DNA of 64,000 nt from an uncultured Thermoplasmatales archaeon (GCA_964636235.1 CAZWQV010000001.1:13022-77021), one strand, 5' to 3'. Shown: positions 40,078 through 51,517, numbered from the stretch's first letter. Translations and numbers: made by a program. Notes: generated by a model from the letters alone, not told the origin.

Positions 40078-41958
40078 ATGGCATCACAAAAAGCAAAGCA
40101 AATAAAAAAATTACCTGATTATGAATTATTTGACAAAAATACCAAAGCTTTTATCTATGGGACTCAACAAAAAGCAGCCCAACGCATGCTTGACTTTGAT
40201 TACATGTGTGGCCGCGGAGAACCAAGTGTAGTAGGTTTTATTACTCCAACAGGTGGAGGATATTATCAATTATTCTGGGGTACAAAGGAAATTCGAATTC
40301 CTCGATACACAAGTATCAATGAGGCAATCAAAGCACATCCTGAAGCAGATGTTATGGTCAATTTTGCCTCCGAACGTTCATGTGCTGAATCAACCATGGA
40401 AGCATTGGAAACCGACACCATTAGAACCATTATCATGATTGCAGAGGGAGTTCCTCAAAGAGATGTAAGAAAAATCGCAAAAATTGCTAAGGACAAAAAG
40501 AAATGGATTATTGGTCCAGCGACCGTTGGAGGTATCAAACCAGGTTGCTTTAAAATTGGTAATGCTGCAGGAACATCTCAAAATATTAAGGATACAAAGT
40601 TATATCGGCCTGGATCTGTAGGATTTGTTTCGGTCTCTGGTGGTTTATCAAATGAAGGATACAATATTGTAGCACAAAACACAGATGGTATTTACGAAGG
40701 ATATGCAGTGGGTGGTGATGTGTACCCGGCAACAACATTACTAGATCATCTTTTACGGTATGAAAAAAATCCTAACATAAAGATGATGGTTAGTCTTGGA
40801 GAAGTTGGGGGAAAGGACGAGTATGATATCGTGGATGCGATAAAACAGGAAAAAATCACAAAACCCTTGGTTATGTGGGTAACTGGTACCTGTGCTGAAA
40901 TGCTACCCGGTGGCGTTCAATTCGGCCATGCTGGTGCAAAAGCAGAAGGAAAAGAAGATACCGCAGCGGCAAAAAATAAAGCGTTAAAAGATGCAGGAGT
41001 CGTCGTTCCTGATTCATTTGATGATTATGGGGAAAAAATCAATGAAACATTTTTGAAACTGAAAAAACAGGGAAAAATCCAGGAAATTGATGAACCAACT
41101 CCCCCACATATTCCAATGGATTACAAACAGGCTGTGGCTGAAGGTCTTGTTAGAAAACCAACAAATTTCATTTCAACTATCTGTGATGAAACTGGTGAAA
41201 TTCATAATTATTGTGGAGTTCCTATAGATGAAGTTATTAAAAAAGGATATGGCATCGGAGGAGTGCTCGGTCTCTTATGGTTTAAAAAGGATCTACCAAA
41301 ATATGCAAGAGAATTTATCGAACTTGTGATTCAAATTGTAGCAGATCATGGACCTGCAGTATCTGGTGCTCATAACACGATTGTCACCGCAAGAGCAGGA
41401 AAAAGCCTTATTGAATCAATCATCAGCGGTATTGTAACAATTGGCCCTCGTTTTGGAGGTGCAGTAAATGGAGCTGCAAAACATTTTTCATTAGGACTTG
41501 AAAAAGAATTAGAGCCACGTGAATTTGTTGATTATATGAAAAAACAAAATATTCGGATCCAAGGAATCGGACATCGAATTCATAGCATCGACAATCCTGA
41601 TGAACGGGTGGAAATAATGATCAACTATGCCAAAAAACATTTTCCAAAGCATCCATTGCTCGATTATGCATTACAAGTTCAAGCGGTTACCACTATGAAA
41701 AAGAATACATTAATATTAAATGTTGATGGATGTATCGGAGTGCTCTTTGTTGATATGCTTATCAACCTTGGATACTCAAAAGATGAAATTAAAGAAATGA
41801 TTGATATGGGATTCTTTAATGCATTTTTCATTATCGGTAGAACCATGGGATTCATGGGCCATTATTTCGATCAAAAACGATTGAAAACACCATTATACCG
41901 TCATCCATGGGACGATATTTTATATGATGTTCCGAAAAAACCAGAAAAAGTAGAATAG
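40078..41958 (+). CDS. aclA: ATP-citrate lyase alpha subunit (CoA-binding + phosphohistidine + citrate-synthase-like domain)
   Basis: GHAGA phosphohistidine motif; C-terminal citrate-synthase-like IGHRIHSIDNPDERV, diagnostic for ACL rather than succinyl-CoA synthetase. Confidence 0.8.
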   Translation: MASQKAKQIKKLPDYELFDKNTKAFIYGTQQKAAQRMLDFDYMCGRGEPSVVGFITPTGGGYYQLFWGTKEIRIPRYTSINEAIKAHPEADVMVNFASERSCAESTMEALETDTIRTIIMIAEGVPQRDVRKIAKIAKDKKKWIIGPATVGGIKPGCFKIGNAAGTSQNIKDTKLYRPGSVGFVSVSGGLSNEGYNIVAQNTDGIYEGYAVGGDVYPATTLLDHLLRYEKNPNIKMMVSLGEVGGKDEYDIVDAIKQEKITKPLVMWVTGTCAEMLPGGVQFGHAGAKAEGKEDTAAAKNKALKDAGVVVPDSFDDYGEKINETFLKLKKQGKIQEIDEPTPPHIPMDYKQAVAEGLVRKPTNFISTICDETGEIHNYCGVPIDEVIKKGYGIGGVLGLLWFKKDLPKYAREFIELVIQIVADHGPAVSGAHNTIVTARAGKSLIESIISGIVTIGPRFGGAVNGAAKHFSLGLEKELEPREFVDYMKKQNIRIQGIGHRIHSIDNPDERVEIMINYAKKHFPKHPLLDYALQVQAVTTMKKNTLILNVDGCIGVLFVDMLINLGYSKDEIKEMIDMGFFNAFFIIGRTMGFMGHYFDQKRLKTPLYRHPWDDILYDVPKKPEKVE

Positions 41959-41973
41959 TGGAGGATTCAACAT

Positions 41974-44205
41974 ATGAGTAAAGATGAAAAAATAATTTAC
42001 ACAAAGGTTGATGAAGCACCAGCTTTAGCAACCTGCTCTTTTCTTCCCGTTGTAAAAACTTTTTCGGATGCAGCTGAGATCAATATTGAAACAAGAGATA
42101 TCTCTCTTGCGGGAAGAATCATTGCTCGATTTCCTGAAAATCTAACAGATGAACAAAAGCAATCAGATGATCTTGCAGAGCTTGGAGAACTGGTAAAAAA
42201 ACCAGAAGCAAATATAATCAAATTACCGTGTATCAGTGCTTCTATCCCACAATTAAATGCTGCCGTTAAGGAATTACAAAAGAAAGGGTATCAGATTCCT
42301 GATTATCCTGAGGAACCAGAAACTGATAAAGAAATGGAAATCAAAGTACGGTTTGATAAAATCAAGGGTAGCGCCGTGAATCCGGTACTTCGTATGGGAA
42401 ACTCCGATAGACGAGTACCTGACCCTGTGAAAAACTATGCAAAGAAACATCCTCATCCAATGGGTGAATGGTCAGCAAGTTCAAAATCACATGTTGCTCA
42501 TATGAAAAAAGGTGATTTACGTTCAAATGAGAAATCAACCACGATCACAAAAGATGATGAAGGTATTGCTAGAATTGAATTGTTGAAAGAAGATGGATCT
42601 GTGCATGTTTTAAAGGAAAAACTTCCTTTAATTCAAGGCGAAATAATTGATGCATCTGTCCTAAGTAAAAAAGCCCTTCGATTATTTATTGAAAAACAGA
42701 TTGACGATGCAAAACAAAAAGACATTTTATTCTCAGTACATCTAAAAGCAACCATGATGAAAGTTTCGGATCCCATTATTTTTGGTCATGTTGTATCTGT
42801 CTTTTTTAAAGATGTATTTGAAAAACATGCTGAAACATTTAAACAGCTCGGGATCAGTCCAAACAATGGTCTTGGGGATTTATATGCCAAAATTAAGCAA
42901 TTACCGGATAATCAACGAAAAGAGATTGAACAGGATATTAAAGCGTGTTATAAAAAACAACCGAAACTTGCGATGGTAAACTCAGATAAAGGCATTACAA
43001 ATCTTCATGTCCCATCAGATGTTATTATTGATGCTTCCATGCCAGCTGCCATTAGAAATTCAGGAAAGATGTGGGGACCAGATGGCAAAGCATATGATAC
43101 GAAATTTGTCATTCCGGATAGTAGTTATGCAGGAGTATATCAAACAGTTATAGAATTCTGTAAAAAACATGGTGCCTTTGATCCAACAAGCATGGGAACT
43201 GTTCAGAACGTGGGATTAATGGCTCAAAAGGCAGAGGAGTATGGATCGCATGATAAAACCTTTGAGATTGCTGAGAAAGGAATAGTACAAGCAGTTTCAG
43301 AATCAGGGACAGTACTGCTTGAACAAGCTGTTGAGCAAGGCGATATCTTCCGTATGTGCCAGGTGAAGGATTTACCGATTCAAGACTGGGTGAAACTTGC
43401 GGTTAATAGAGCAAAAACAACTGGATTTCCTGCCGTATTTTGGCTTGATAAAACAAGAGCACATGATGCTGAACTAATTAAAAAAGTAAATGTCTATTTG
43501 AAAAATTATGACACAAACGATCTTGAGATTCATATCAAATCACCTGTTGAAGCAACCCAGTTTTCCTGTGAATTAATAGCAAACGGAAAAAACACCATCG
43601 CCGTTACAGGAAATGTTCTTAGGGATTATTTAACTGATCTATTTCCAATTCTTGAAGTGGGAACCAGTGCTAAAATGCTTTCCATTGTTCCTCTTATGAA
43701 GGGCGGTGGATTGTTTGAAACAGGTGCTGGCGGATCTGCTCCAAAACATGTACAGCAATTTAATGAGGAAGGACATTTACGTTGGGATTCACTTGGGGAA
43801 TTTTTAGCACTTGCTGCTTCATTTGAGCATTATAGCAAACGAACAAATAACGAAAAGGCGCATATTCTTAGCAAAACCCTTGATAGAGCAACTGAAAAGT
43901 TTCTTGAAACAAATAAATCTCCATCTCGAAAAGTGAACGAACGAGACAATCGTGGAAGTCATTTTTATTTAGCAATGTACTGGGCAGAAGCATTGGCACA
44001 GCAAACAGAGGATACATCATTAAAAGAACGGTTTTCAAATCTTTTCAACAAGTTAAAAGAAAAGGAAGACATCATCAATAATGAATTACTTGGCGCACAG
44101 GATAAAACCGTGGATATCAACGGATACTACAAACCTGATGATAAATTAGCAAGTAAAGCGATGCGTCCAAGTGAGACATTTAATTCAATCCTCGATGCAT
44201 TTTAA
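41974..44205 (+). CDS. icd: Monomeric NADP-dependent isocitrate dehydrogenase
   Basis: 743-aa single-chain IDH, length and N-terminus typical of the monomeric IDH family. Confidence 0.85.
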   Translation: MSKDEKIIYTKVDEAPALATCSFLPVVKTFSDAAEINIETRDISLAGRIIARFPENLTDEQKQSDDLAELGELVKKPEANIIKLPCISASIPQLNAAVKELQKKGYQIPDYPEEPETDKEMEIKVRFDKIKGSAVNPVLRMGNSDRRVPDPVKNYAKKHPHPMGEWSASSKSHVAHMKKGDLRSNEKSTTITKDDEGIARIELLKEDGSVHVLKEKLPLIQGEIIDASVLSKKALRLFIEKQIDDAKQKDILFSVHLKATMMKVSDPIIFGHVVSVFFKDVFEKHAETFKQLGISPNNGLGDLYAKIKQLPDNQRKEIEQDIKACYKKQPKLAMVNSDKGITNLHVPSDVIIDASMPAAIRNSGKMWGPDGKAYDTKFVIPDSSYAGVYQTVIEFCKKHGAFDPTSMGTVQNVGLMAQKAEEYGSHDKTFEIAEKGIVQAVSESGTVLLEQAVEQGDIFRMCQVKDLPIQDWVKLAVNRAKTTGFPAVFWLDKTRAHDAELIKKVNVYLKNYDTNDLEIHIKSPVEATQFSCELIANGKNTIAVTGNVLRDYLTDLFPILEVGTSAKMLSIVPLMKGGGLFETGAGGSAPKHVQQFNEEGHLRWDSLGEFLALAASFEHYSKRTNNEKAHILSKTLDRATEKFLETNKSPSRKVNERDNRGSHFYLAMYWAEALAQQTEDTSLKERFSNLFNKLKEKEDIINNELLGAQDKTVDINGYYKPDDKLASKAMRPSETFNSILDAF

Positions 44206-44237
44206 GGATGATACGATCATCCTTTTCGTATTTTTTA
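44205..44237 (+). terminator. Stem-loop (AAGGATGAT-ACG-ATCATCCTT) plus T-tract at end of acn-aclBA-icd operon
   Basis: 9-bp perfect inverted repeat starting at the icd stop, followed by TTCGTATTTTTT. Confidence 0.55.
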
Positions 44238-44271
44238 TCCAATATTTATTTAATTAACAAATCAATAAATT

Positions 44272-44667
44272 ATGTGTATCTCTATGAATATTGAAGAATC
44301 GCTTGCTGCAGTGGAAAAAGCAATTATAGAGTTAATTGAAAAAAACAAAATCATACCAATCATTGTTGAAGGAAAAAAAGATAAAAGATCACTAAGAAAA
44401 CTTGGCGTAAAAGGTAAAATCATTGCAGTAAACCAAGGGTTATCATTATCTGATTTTTGTGATGACCTGGTAAAGCAATTTGATGAAATAATAATACTAA
44501 CTGATTGGGATAGAAAAGGGGGCATGCTTTGCTATAGAATAAAAGATTTACTGAAAGGTAGAATTCGATATGACACGTCTTTTCGAGAACAGCTGGGAAA
44601 ACATGCTATGATTAAAACAGTCGAAGGATTATATTCATGGATAAAAACCATGAACAAAAAAATCTGA
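44272..44667 (+). CDS. Small Toprim-domain protein
   Basis: 131 aa; Toprim-like IIVEGKKD ... ILTDWDRKG. Confidence 0.5.
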   Translation: MCISMNIEESLAAVEKAIIELIEKNKIIPIIVEGKKDKRSLRKLGVKGKIIAVNQGLSLSDFCDDLVKQFDEIIILTDWDRKGGMLCYRIKDLLKGRIRYDTSFREQLGKHAMIKTVEGLYSWIKTMNKKI

Positions 44668-44680
44668 AATATTTTTGATA

Positions 44681-45052
44681 TTAATTCTTTATCTTTAAAG
44701 GACAATGCTTACAATCCAACGATTGGCATATTTTATTGTCTACCTTCCATTTTAACGCCCATTGTTTTAATGTTTTTATTACCGTTATGAATTCATTACC
44801 TGATGGTGTTAATTGATAAAATGATTTCACAGGGAATTCACTGGCATCAATTGTTTTAGTTATTAATCCTTGATCTTCCAGCTCCTTCAAACGATTTGAT
44901 AGCACTTTGGGTGTGATTTCTTCCATGTTCTTTTTTATTTCTGAATAGCGAACTTTTTCTTTATTACTCTTATACATTTCAAGAAGAATTAAAAGCATCC
45001 ATTTTTTTGATGCAAAATCCATTGTTTGATAAATCGTACATGCATGATCCAT
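44681..45052 (-). CDS. HxlR-family winged-helix transcriptional regulator
   Basis: 123 aa; HxlR core (YSEIKKNMEEITPKVLSNRLKELEDQGLI); divergent from the ferredoxin-hcp pair. Confidence 0.72.
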   Translation of the reverse strand: MDHACTIYQTMDFASKKWMLLILLEMYKSNKEKVRYSEIKKNMEEITPKVLSNRLKELEDQGLITKTIDASEFPVKSFYQLTPSGNEFITVIKTLKQWALKWKVDNKICQSLDCKHCPLKIKN

Positions 45053-45134
45053 GGTATACTTTTAGAAACTACCAAGTATAAATACCTTTGTATACATTAC
45101 ATACTTTGTATCAAAAAGATAGTAAATGATTTAA

Positions 45135-45980
45135 ATGAAAAGAAAAATAATTAAAATTGATAAATCACTCTGCAATGGATGTGGTAATTGTATCCCAAAT
45201 TGCCCTGAAGGTGCTATTCAAATAATAGATGAAAAAGCACAGATGATTAGTGATATATTTTGCGATGGATTAGGTGCATGTATCGGTCACTGCGCAAAAG
45301 GAGCTATTAGTGTAGAAGAACGAGAAGCAGAACCATATGACGAGAAAAAAGTAATGATAGAAAATATTATTCCATCTGGAGAAAAAACCATATTAGCCCA
45401 TCTAAATCATTTGAAAGATCATGGAGAAAAAACTTATATAACTCAAGCTTTAGAAGTGCTAAATGAACAAGGAATCGATATTGAATTTGATAAATCAGAC
45501 CTGAAATCAACACCCACATATCAAGGATGTCCTGGTGCTAAAGCAATTGATTTTTCAACCCAGAAAACAGAATGTGAAAGCGAAACATTAATAGCTAGTT
45601 CTCAACTTAAACAGTGGCCGATTCAACTACATCTCATATCTCCACTAGCCTCTTACTTTCAAGAATCTGATGTCATTCTTGTCGCAGATTGTGTTGCCTA
45701 TTCAAAGGGTAATTTTCATAACGAACTTTTACAGGGAAAAAGAATTGCAATTGCCTGTCCAAAATTAGACCGAAATATAGACCAATACATTGATAAATTA
45801 GCAATCATGATTGATCGGACAAAAATAAACACATTAACTGTTATTACTATGGAGGTCCCTTGTTGTTCTGGATTGTTAACTATTGCCAAAAACGCATTAG
45901 AAAATGCAACCAGAAACATTCCAATAAAACATATTATGATAGGCATTAAGGGAGAAAAATTAAAAGAACAATGGATTTAG
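45135..45980 (+). CDS. Iron-sulfur protein: N-terminal 2x[4Fe-4S] ferredoxin domain plus Cys-containing C-terminal domain of unassigned family
   Basis: CNGCGNCIPNCP and CDGLGACIGHCAKG motifs; additional Cys (CPGAK, ADCVAY, IACPKLD, VPCCSG); 17 bp upstream of hcp. Confidence 0.55.
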   Translation: MKRKIIKIDKSLCNGCGNCIPNCPEGAIQIIDEKAQMISDIFCDGLGACIGHCAKGAISVEEREAEPYDEKKVMIENIIPSGEKTILAHLNHLKDHGEKTYITQALEVLNEQGIDIEFDKSDLKSTPTYQGCPGAKAIDFSTQKTECESETLIASSQLKQWPIQLHLISPLASYFQESDVILVADCVAYSKGNFHNELLQGKRIAIACPKLDRNIDQYIDKLAIMIDRTKINTLTVITMEVPCCSGLLTIAKNALENATRNIPIKHIMIGIKGEKLKEQWI

Positions 45981-45997
45981 TTAAGGAGAAATAAAAA

Positions 45998-47632
45998 ATG
46001 TTTTGTTATCAATGTGAAGAAACCGCAAAAGGAAAAGGATGTACCATCGTTGGAGTTTGCGGAAAAAATGAAAATGTTGCCAATCTACAAGATTTATATT
46101 TATACATGTTAAAAGGAATATCTATTGTAGCTCTTGAAGCAAAAAAAAATGGCTCTCAAACCAAAAATGCTGATACGTTCATTATGAATGGTTTATTTTC
46201 TACAATCACTAATACTAATTTTAACAAACAATATTTTAAGAAAATGATACCTAAAGCAATACAAATTAGAGACGATTTACAAGAAAAAGTAAATGGGGAT
46301 ACTTCTTTTGATGCTCTTCAGTGGCATCCAAAAAATGATGAAGATATTAACAAAAAAGCATCAGAAATTGGTATATTAGCAGAAACAAATGAAGATATCC
46401 GATCACTCAAAGAACTATTAACCTATGGTATGAAAGGAATTGCTGCTTATGCACATCATGCATCTGTCTTAGGAAAAGAAAAGCAAGAGATTTATGATTT
46501 TATCCAGACTGGTCTTGCTGCAACATTACAAGAGCAAACAATAGAAAAACTGACAGAGCTTGTTATGCAATGTGGAGAGATGGGTGTTAAGACGATGGCA
46601 CTTCTTGATGAAGCAAACACATCATCATATGGTCATCCAGAACCAACTCAAGTAGAGCTAAATGTGAGAAACAACCCCAGCATACTTATCAGTGGTCATG
46701 ATCTTAAAGATTTAGAAGAATTACTATTGCAAACAAAAGGAACTGGAATTGATATCTATACCCATGGTGAAATGTTGCCAGCAAATGCGTATCCATTCTT
46801 CAAAAAATATGATCATTTTATTGGAAATTATGGTGGATCATGGTGGAGGCAAAAAGACGAATTTGAAAAATTCAATGGACCTATTCTTCTTACCTCAAAT
46901 TGTCTTGTCCCACCAAAGGAAACATATAAAGATAGAGTATATACAACAGGTGTTGTTGGTTTTGAAGGAGTAAAACATATACCTGACAGAAAAAATGGAA
47001 AAGAAAAAGATTTTTCAGATATAATAAAACAAGCTCGTTTAAGTAAACCTCCAGAATCGTTGGAACAAGGGAAAATTACTATTGGGTTTGCTCGGAACAC
47101 ATTATTGGGTGCAGCAGATAACATTCTTGAAGCTGTAAAATCAGGCGATATAACTCATTTTGTTGTTATGGCAGGATGTGACGGTCGACATAAAGAACGA
47201 GATTATTATACTCAATTTGCTCGATCATTACCAAAAAGTGCGGTCATTCTAACAGCCGGATGTGCTAAATATCGTTACAATAAATTAAATCTAGGAGAAA
47301 TTAATGGTATTCCAAGAGTTATCGATGCTGGACAATGTAATGATTCATATTCTCTTGCTGTCATTGCTATGAAACTAGCTGATATCCTCAATGTTGATTT
47401 TAACGAATTACCAATTATCTATAATATTGCATGGTATGAACAAAAGGCAGTTCTGGTTTTACTTGCCCTCCTGCATCTTGGTGTAAAAAACATAATGCTT
47501 GGACCAGTGTTACCTGCATTTGTTTCTTCAAATGTACTAAATTTACTGGTTGAAAAATTTAATGTACAGACAAATTCAACCGTTGAAAAAGATATTGAAA
47601 AATTATTTAAACCACTTATTAAAAAACAATAA
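45998..47632 (+). CDS. hcp: Hybrid cluster protein (hydroxylamine reductase)
   Basis: Hallmark N-terminus [12 protein letters not shown]; 544 aa. Confidence 0.9.
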   Translation: MFCYQCEETAKGKGCTIVGVCGKNENVANLQDLYLYMLKGISIVALEAKKNGSQTKNADTFIMNGLFSTITNTNFNKQYFKKMIPKAIQIRDDLQEKVNGDTSFDALQWHPKNDEDINKKASEIGILAETNEDIRSLKELLTYGMKGIAAYAHHASVLGKEKQEIYDFIQTGLAATLQEQTIEKLTELVMQCGEMGVKTMALLDEANTSSYGHPEPTQVELNVRNNPSILISGHDLKDLEELLLQTKGTGIDIYTHGEMLPANAYPFFKKYDHFIGNYGGSWWRQKDEFEKFNGPILLTSNCLVPPKETYKDRVYTTGVVGFEGVKHIPDRKNGKEKDFSDIIKQARLSKPPESLEQGKITIGFARNTLLGAADNILEAVKSGDITHFVVMAGCDGRHKERDYYTQFARSLPKSAVILTAGCAKYRYNKLNLGEINGIPRVIDAGQCNDSYSLAVIAMKLADILNVDFNELPIIYNIAWYEQKAVLVLLALLHLGVKNIMLGPVLPAFVSSNVLNLLVEKFNVQTNSTVEKDIEKLFKPLIKKQ

Positions 47633-47743
47633 AACATTTTTCTTTTTTTATTTGAAATATGAGTATGGTTAAAGGGGCAAATAATAAATATAATACATAA
47701 TATATTACATATAACAATTGTTAATAAACGGAGGCAATAAATC

Positions 47744-48166
47744 ATGAAAACAAAAAGCGCAGGATTAATGTGCATTGGGATTATGCTTATCATTGCAATG
47801 GCAATCCCTGCAATAGCAAATCAAAACGATACAACCTTGGAATTTGTTGGAATCAGTGGCGGATTTGGCGGAGTGACCGTCGAAGTTGAAAACACAGGAA
47901 ATGCCGTTGCTTCAGGAATAACAATGACAACAACCATTCAAGGCGGCATATTGAATGGAATTGATTTAACACACTTTTGTGGTGGGTGTGAAGACTGTGG
48001 AACAACACTTGGACCAGGCACAATTAAAACAGAAAACACCATGGAAGCAGGGTTAATAATGGGATTTGGCCCAGTACAAATAACTTGTGTTGCTGCAGCA
48101 GAAAACGCCCAAGAAGTATCATCCGAAGCAAGTGGATTTGTCATTGGCCCAATGATATTAATATAA
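47744..48166 (+). CDS. Small secreted Gly/Thr-rich protein of unknown function
   Basis: N-terminal signal/anchor MKTKSAGLMCIGIMLIIAMAIPAIA; four Cys in CGGCEDCG. Confidence 0.35.
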   Translation: MKTKSAGLMCIGIMLIIAMAIPAIANQNDTTLEFVGISGGFGGVTVEVENTGNAVASGITMTTTIQGGILNGIDLTHFCGGCEDCGTTLGPGTIKTENTMEAGLIMGFGPVQITCVAAAENAQEVSSEASGFVIGPMILI

Positions 48167-48191
48167 ATATAAAAAATGATTATGGATAAGC

Positions 48192-49112
48192 ATGCAAATT
48201 TCGGATACTATTTCAAAAAAAATTGAAATATTAAAAGAAAAGCAAGATGCGCTTATCCTTGTTCATAATTATCAACGACCTGAAATACAAGATATAGCGG
48301 ATTTTTTAGGAGATTCTTTTGCACTTTCAAAACAAGCAGAAAAAAGTTCACATCATGTGATTATTTTTTGTGGTGTAGATTTCATGGTCGAAAGTGCAAA
48401 AATATTAAGTCCTGATAAAAAAGTAATTCATCCTGACCTTGAAGCAAAATGCCCAATGGCAGCAATGGTAGAACCTGAACCATTGTCAATGTTGAAAGAA
48501 AAACATCCTCATGCTGCAGTAGTCTCATATGTTAACACATCTGCTGAAATTAAAGCACTGAGTGATATTTGTTGTACATCTTCTAATGCAGTAAAAATCA
48601 TAAAAAGCTTGAAGGAAAAGAAAATAATTTTTGTTCCAGATACAAATCTTGGCCTTTATATCAAACGATTTGTAACAAATAAAGAGATTATTATTTGGCC
48701 TGGAATATGTCCTACTCATCATAAAATTAAAAAAAATGATATTGCACAATTAAAACAACATCATCCTTCAGCAATAGTTCTTGTTCATCCTGAATGCAAT
48801 CCAGATGTTATTGATATAGCAGATCATGTTCTTTCAACACAAGGAATGATTAATCATGTAAAAGATTCACCTCATGATGAATTCATTATAGGAACTGAAA
48901 AAGAGATTTGTTATCGTTTAAAAAAAGAAAATCCGAACAAGCATTTTTATGCGATAGAAAAAGCTTTATGTCCTAACATGAAAAAAATCAAACTTCAGCA
49001 TGTGGTAAACAGTTTAGAAACATTATCACCACAGATATTTCTAGATGTTAATACGATTAAAAAGGCAAAAATTCCACTTCAAAAAATGTTAATGGTTGGA
49101 AGAGGAGATTAA
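48192..49112 (+). CDS. nadA: Quinolinate synthase
   Basis: 306 aa; ILVHNYQ N-terminal motif; three Cys Fe-S ligands at NadA-like positions. Confidence 0.85.
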   Translation: MQISDTISKKIEILKEKQDALILVHNYQRPEIQDIADFLGDSFALSKQAEKSSHHVIIFCGVDFMVESAKILSPDKKVIHPDLEAKCPMAAMVEPEPLSMLKEKHPHAAVVSYVNTSAEIKALSDICCTSSNAVKIIKSLKEKKIIFVPDTNLGLYIKRFVTNKEIIIWPGICPTHHKIKKNDIAQLKQHHPSAIVLVHPECNPDVIDIADHVLSTQGMINHVKDSPHDEFIIGTEKEICYRLKKENPNKHFYAIEKALCPNMKKIKLQHVVNSLETLSPQIFLDVNTIKKAKIPLQKMLMVGRGD

Positions 49113-49171
49113 CAAGATAACCATTAATTGGCAACGAAGAGTACTAAAATAAAAAAACATTAACTAATACT

Positions 49172-49654
49172 ATGGTTGCAAAAAGAAGTTCTCAATTAGC
49201 TGTCATAATTCTTATCATTTTTATTATTATAGCTTTCCTTGGATATTCTTATTATGCAGATGCAGATGCGTTATTACATGTATATGCAGAAGTAGAGAGT
49301 ATCAATAATGTTAATGTAAAATTAAGCTCAGCAAGTATAACCTTCACCATGAACATTACAAACCCATCAACTAGAAATATCAATGATCTTTCATCTCATT
49401 TTGATATTTACATAGAACAAAATAAAATCGGTGATGGTTCATTTTCAAATATTGATATTCCCGCTGATTCTTCCATATTAAAGCCTGTAACAATTACAGT
49501 TTATTATAATCAAACCATTTCATCCATCTGGAATGTTATCGTTGATAAATTTCAAGGACAACAATCAAAATTAATTATTAAAGGAACAATGACTGCATCT
49601 GTTATATTTGGACTCACTACGGCATCACAAGACTTTACTACACAATCAAATTAA
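49172..49654 (+). CDS. Membrane-anchored LEA_2 / WHy-domain (LEA14-like) protein, single repeat
   Basis: N-terminal TM helix then about 110-aa beta-rich domain similar to each repeat of the 51658 ORF. Confidence 0.45.
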   Translation: MVAKRSSQLAVIILIIFIIIAFLGYSYYADADALLHVYAEVESINNVNVKLSSASITFTMNITNPSTRNINDLSSHFDIYIEQNKIGDGSFSNIDIPADSSILKPVTITVYYNQTISSIWNVIVDKFQGQQSKLIIKGTMTASVIFGLTTASQDFTTQSN

Positions 49655-49774
49655 ATAAAAACAATAGTGAAAATATAAAGAACTGTATAATAAATATTTG
49701 TCACAAGTTATATACTATTTGCTAGTCAATACATTTATATTAGAGAAAATAGATAAATACTTTAGAGGGTTTCT

Positions 49775-51517
49775 TTGAAACGAGTCATAGCTTTTATGAT
49801 TATTTGTTTGGTACTCATACAATCTTTTATAGTAATCTCTGAGTCAAATCAGAGAGAGTACATTTATGATCAACTTAGATTCATATGTACTGATGGTTAT
49901 GGGTTCAATGAAGCAAAGTATCAGCAAATAGTTCAGATGTTTGAACAACAGAAAAGAGAGCCTCAACCTTTTGTTGAAATAGAGTTAATTAATAATCAGG
50001 AATCTAATATTATCGATCAAATTTCATGTAATGATGGATTGATGGATTCACCTTGGCCAATGAAATGTCATGATAATAGGCACACAGGAAGAAGTCCTTA
50101 TACTACAGCGAACAATAATGGTGCAGAACTATGGAAATTTGAATCCGATACTTGGATTCAAGGTGGCCCAATAATTGGAAATGATGGAACTATTTATTTT
50201 GGAGATTATTCTGGAAATTTTTATGCATTAAATAACGATGGGAGTTTAAAATGGAGAATTGACAGGGGAGTTATTACACATGGAACAATTCGTTCTACTC
50301 CTTTAATCGGAGAAGACAATATAATATATATTGGTTGTTGGGATGATTACTTATATGCTTTTTATCCAGATGGAACATTAAAATGGAAATCTTATACTGG
50401 CGGTACAATTACCAGTTCTCCAGCCATATCAGAAGATGGAACAATTTATATTGGTAATATGGTTGGTTCTAGTAGTGGCGATATTGTTGCAGTAAATCCA
50501 GATGGAAGTATAAAATGGAAATATACAACTGGATATTATATTACTGCAGATCCAGCTATTGGTGACGATGGAACTATCTATATTGGTTCAGGTGATAAAT
50601 ATCTATATGCAATAAATCCTGATGGAACACTTAAATGGCGGTTTAAAACCGGACATTATATAAAAGGACCTGCTTCAATTACAGAAGATGGAACCATATA
50701 CTTTGGATCATATGATGATTATCTTTATGCGTTATATACAAATGGAACAATGAAATGGAAAATAAAAACAGGGTCAGGAACAGAAACAAATCCATCAATT
50801 GGGCCAGATGGAACCATTTATGTTGGTGATGATAGATTATATGCAATTAATCCCGATGGAACATTAAAATGGGCATTTAATATAGGAGAAGACCAAAAGA
50901 TATTTCAATCCTCCCCTACTGTTTCAAGTGAGGGAACTATATATATTGGAACTCATATTGATGAAACAGATGGCGGTGAACTTATATCAGTGAATTCAGA
51001 TGGTACTCTTCGATGGCGAAGGCAGATTGCAAATGTTCTCGTTGACTCCTCACCTTGTATAGGGGAAAATGGTATTGTTTATATTGGGTCAAGTTTCGAT
51101 GATCAAGGAAATGACTATGGATACTTGTATGCATTTGGTCATGGAGATAATGTAAATAACCCACCAGACAAACCATCAATAACTGGTCCCAATAGTGGAA
51201 AAACTGGTGAAACATATTCTTATTCAATTGCTGCAACTGATCCGGATAATGATCAGATTTCAATTTATGTTGATTGGGGAGATAACACAAACTCAGGTTG
51301 GCAAGGACCATATCAATCAGGGTCAAGCATCACCTTATCTCATATATGGAATAATGATGGAACCTATTCAATTAAAGCAAAAGCAAAAGATGATGAAGGT
51401 TCAGAAAGCACATATGCAACCTTACAAGTAACCATGCCAAAAAATAAATTGTTTTTTAATAACATCATAAGATTTTTACAAAATCATAAAGTCTTCTCAT
51501 TTTTAATATACATATAA
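49775..51517 (+). CDS. Secreted PQQ-like beta-propeller repeat protein with C-terminal PKD domain
   Basis: About 9 repeats of DGT(I/L)Y(I/F)G..D..LYA(I/L)NPDGTLKW; C-terminal PKD signature YSYSIAATDPDNDQISIYVDWGDN. Confidence 0.65.
   Translation: MKRVIAFMIICLVLIQSFIVISESNQREYIYDQLRFICTDGYGFNEAKYQQIVQMFEQQKREPQPFVEIELINNQESNIIDQISCNDGLMDSPWPMKCHDNRHTGRSPYTTANNNGAELWKFESDTWIQGGPIIGNDGTIYFGDYSGNFYALNNDGSLKWRIDRGVITHGTIRSTPLIGEDNIIYIGCWDDYLYAFYPDGTLKWKSYTGGTITSSPAISEDGTIYIGNMVGSSSGDIVAVNPDGSIKWKYTTGYYITADPAIGDDGTIYIGSGDKYLYAINPDGTLKWRFKTGHYIKGPASITEDGTIYFGSYDDYLYALYTNGTMKWKIKTGSGTETNPSIGPDGTIYVGDDRLYAINPDGTLKWAFNIGEDQKIFQSSPTVSSEGTIYIGTHIDETDGGELISVNSDGTLRWRRQIANVLVDSSPCIGENGIVYIGSSFDDQGNDYGYLYAFGHGDNVNNPPDKPSITGPNSGKTGETYSYSIAATDPDNDQISIYVDWGDNTNSGWQGPYQSGSSITLSHIWNNDGTYSIKAKAKDDEGSESTYATLQVTMPKNKLFFNNIIRFLQNHKVFSFLIYI

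Noticed and set aside
47744-48166. Possible archaeal class-III (type IV pilin-like) signal peptide on the Gly/Thr-rich secreted protein (MKTKSAG|LMCIGIMLI)
   Set aside because: The charged-region/hydrophobic-stretch junction only loosely resembles PibD/FlaK cleavage motifs; an ordinary Sec signal peptide or N-terminal anchor is equally plausible.
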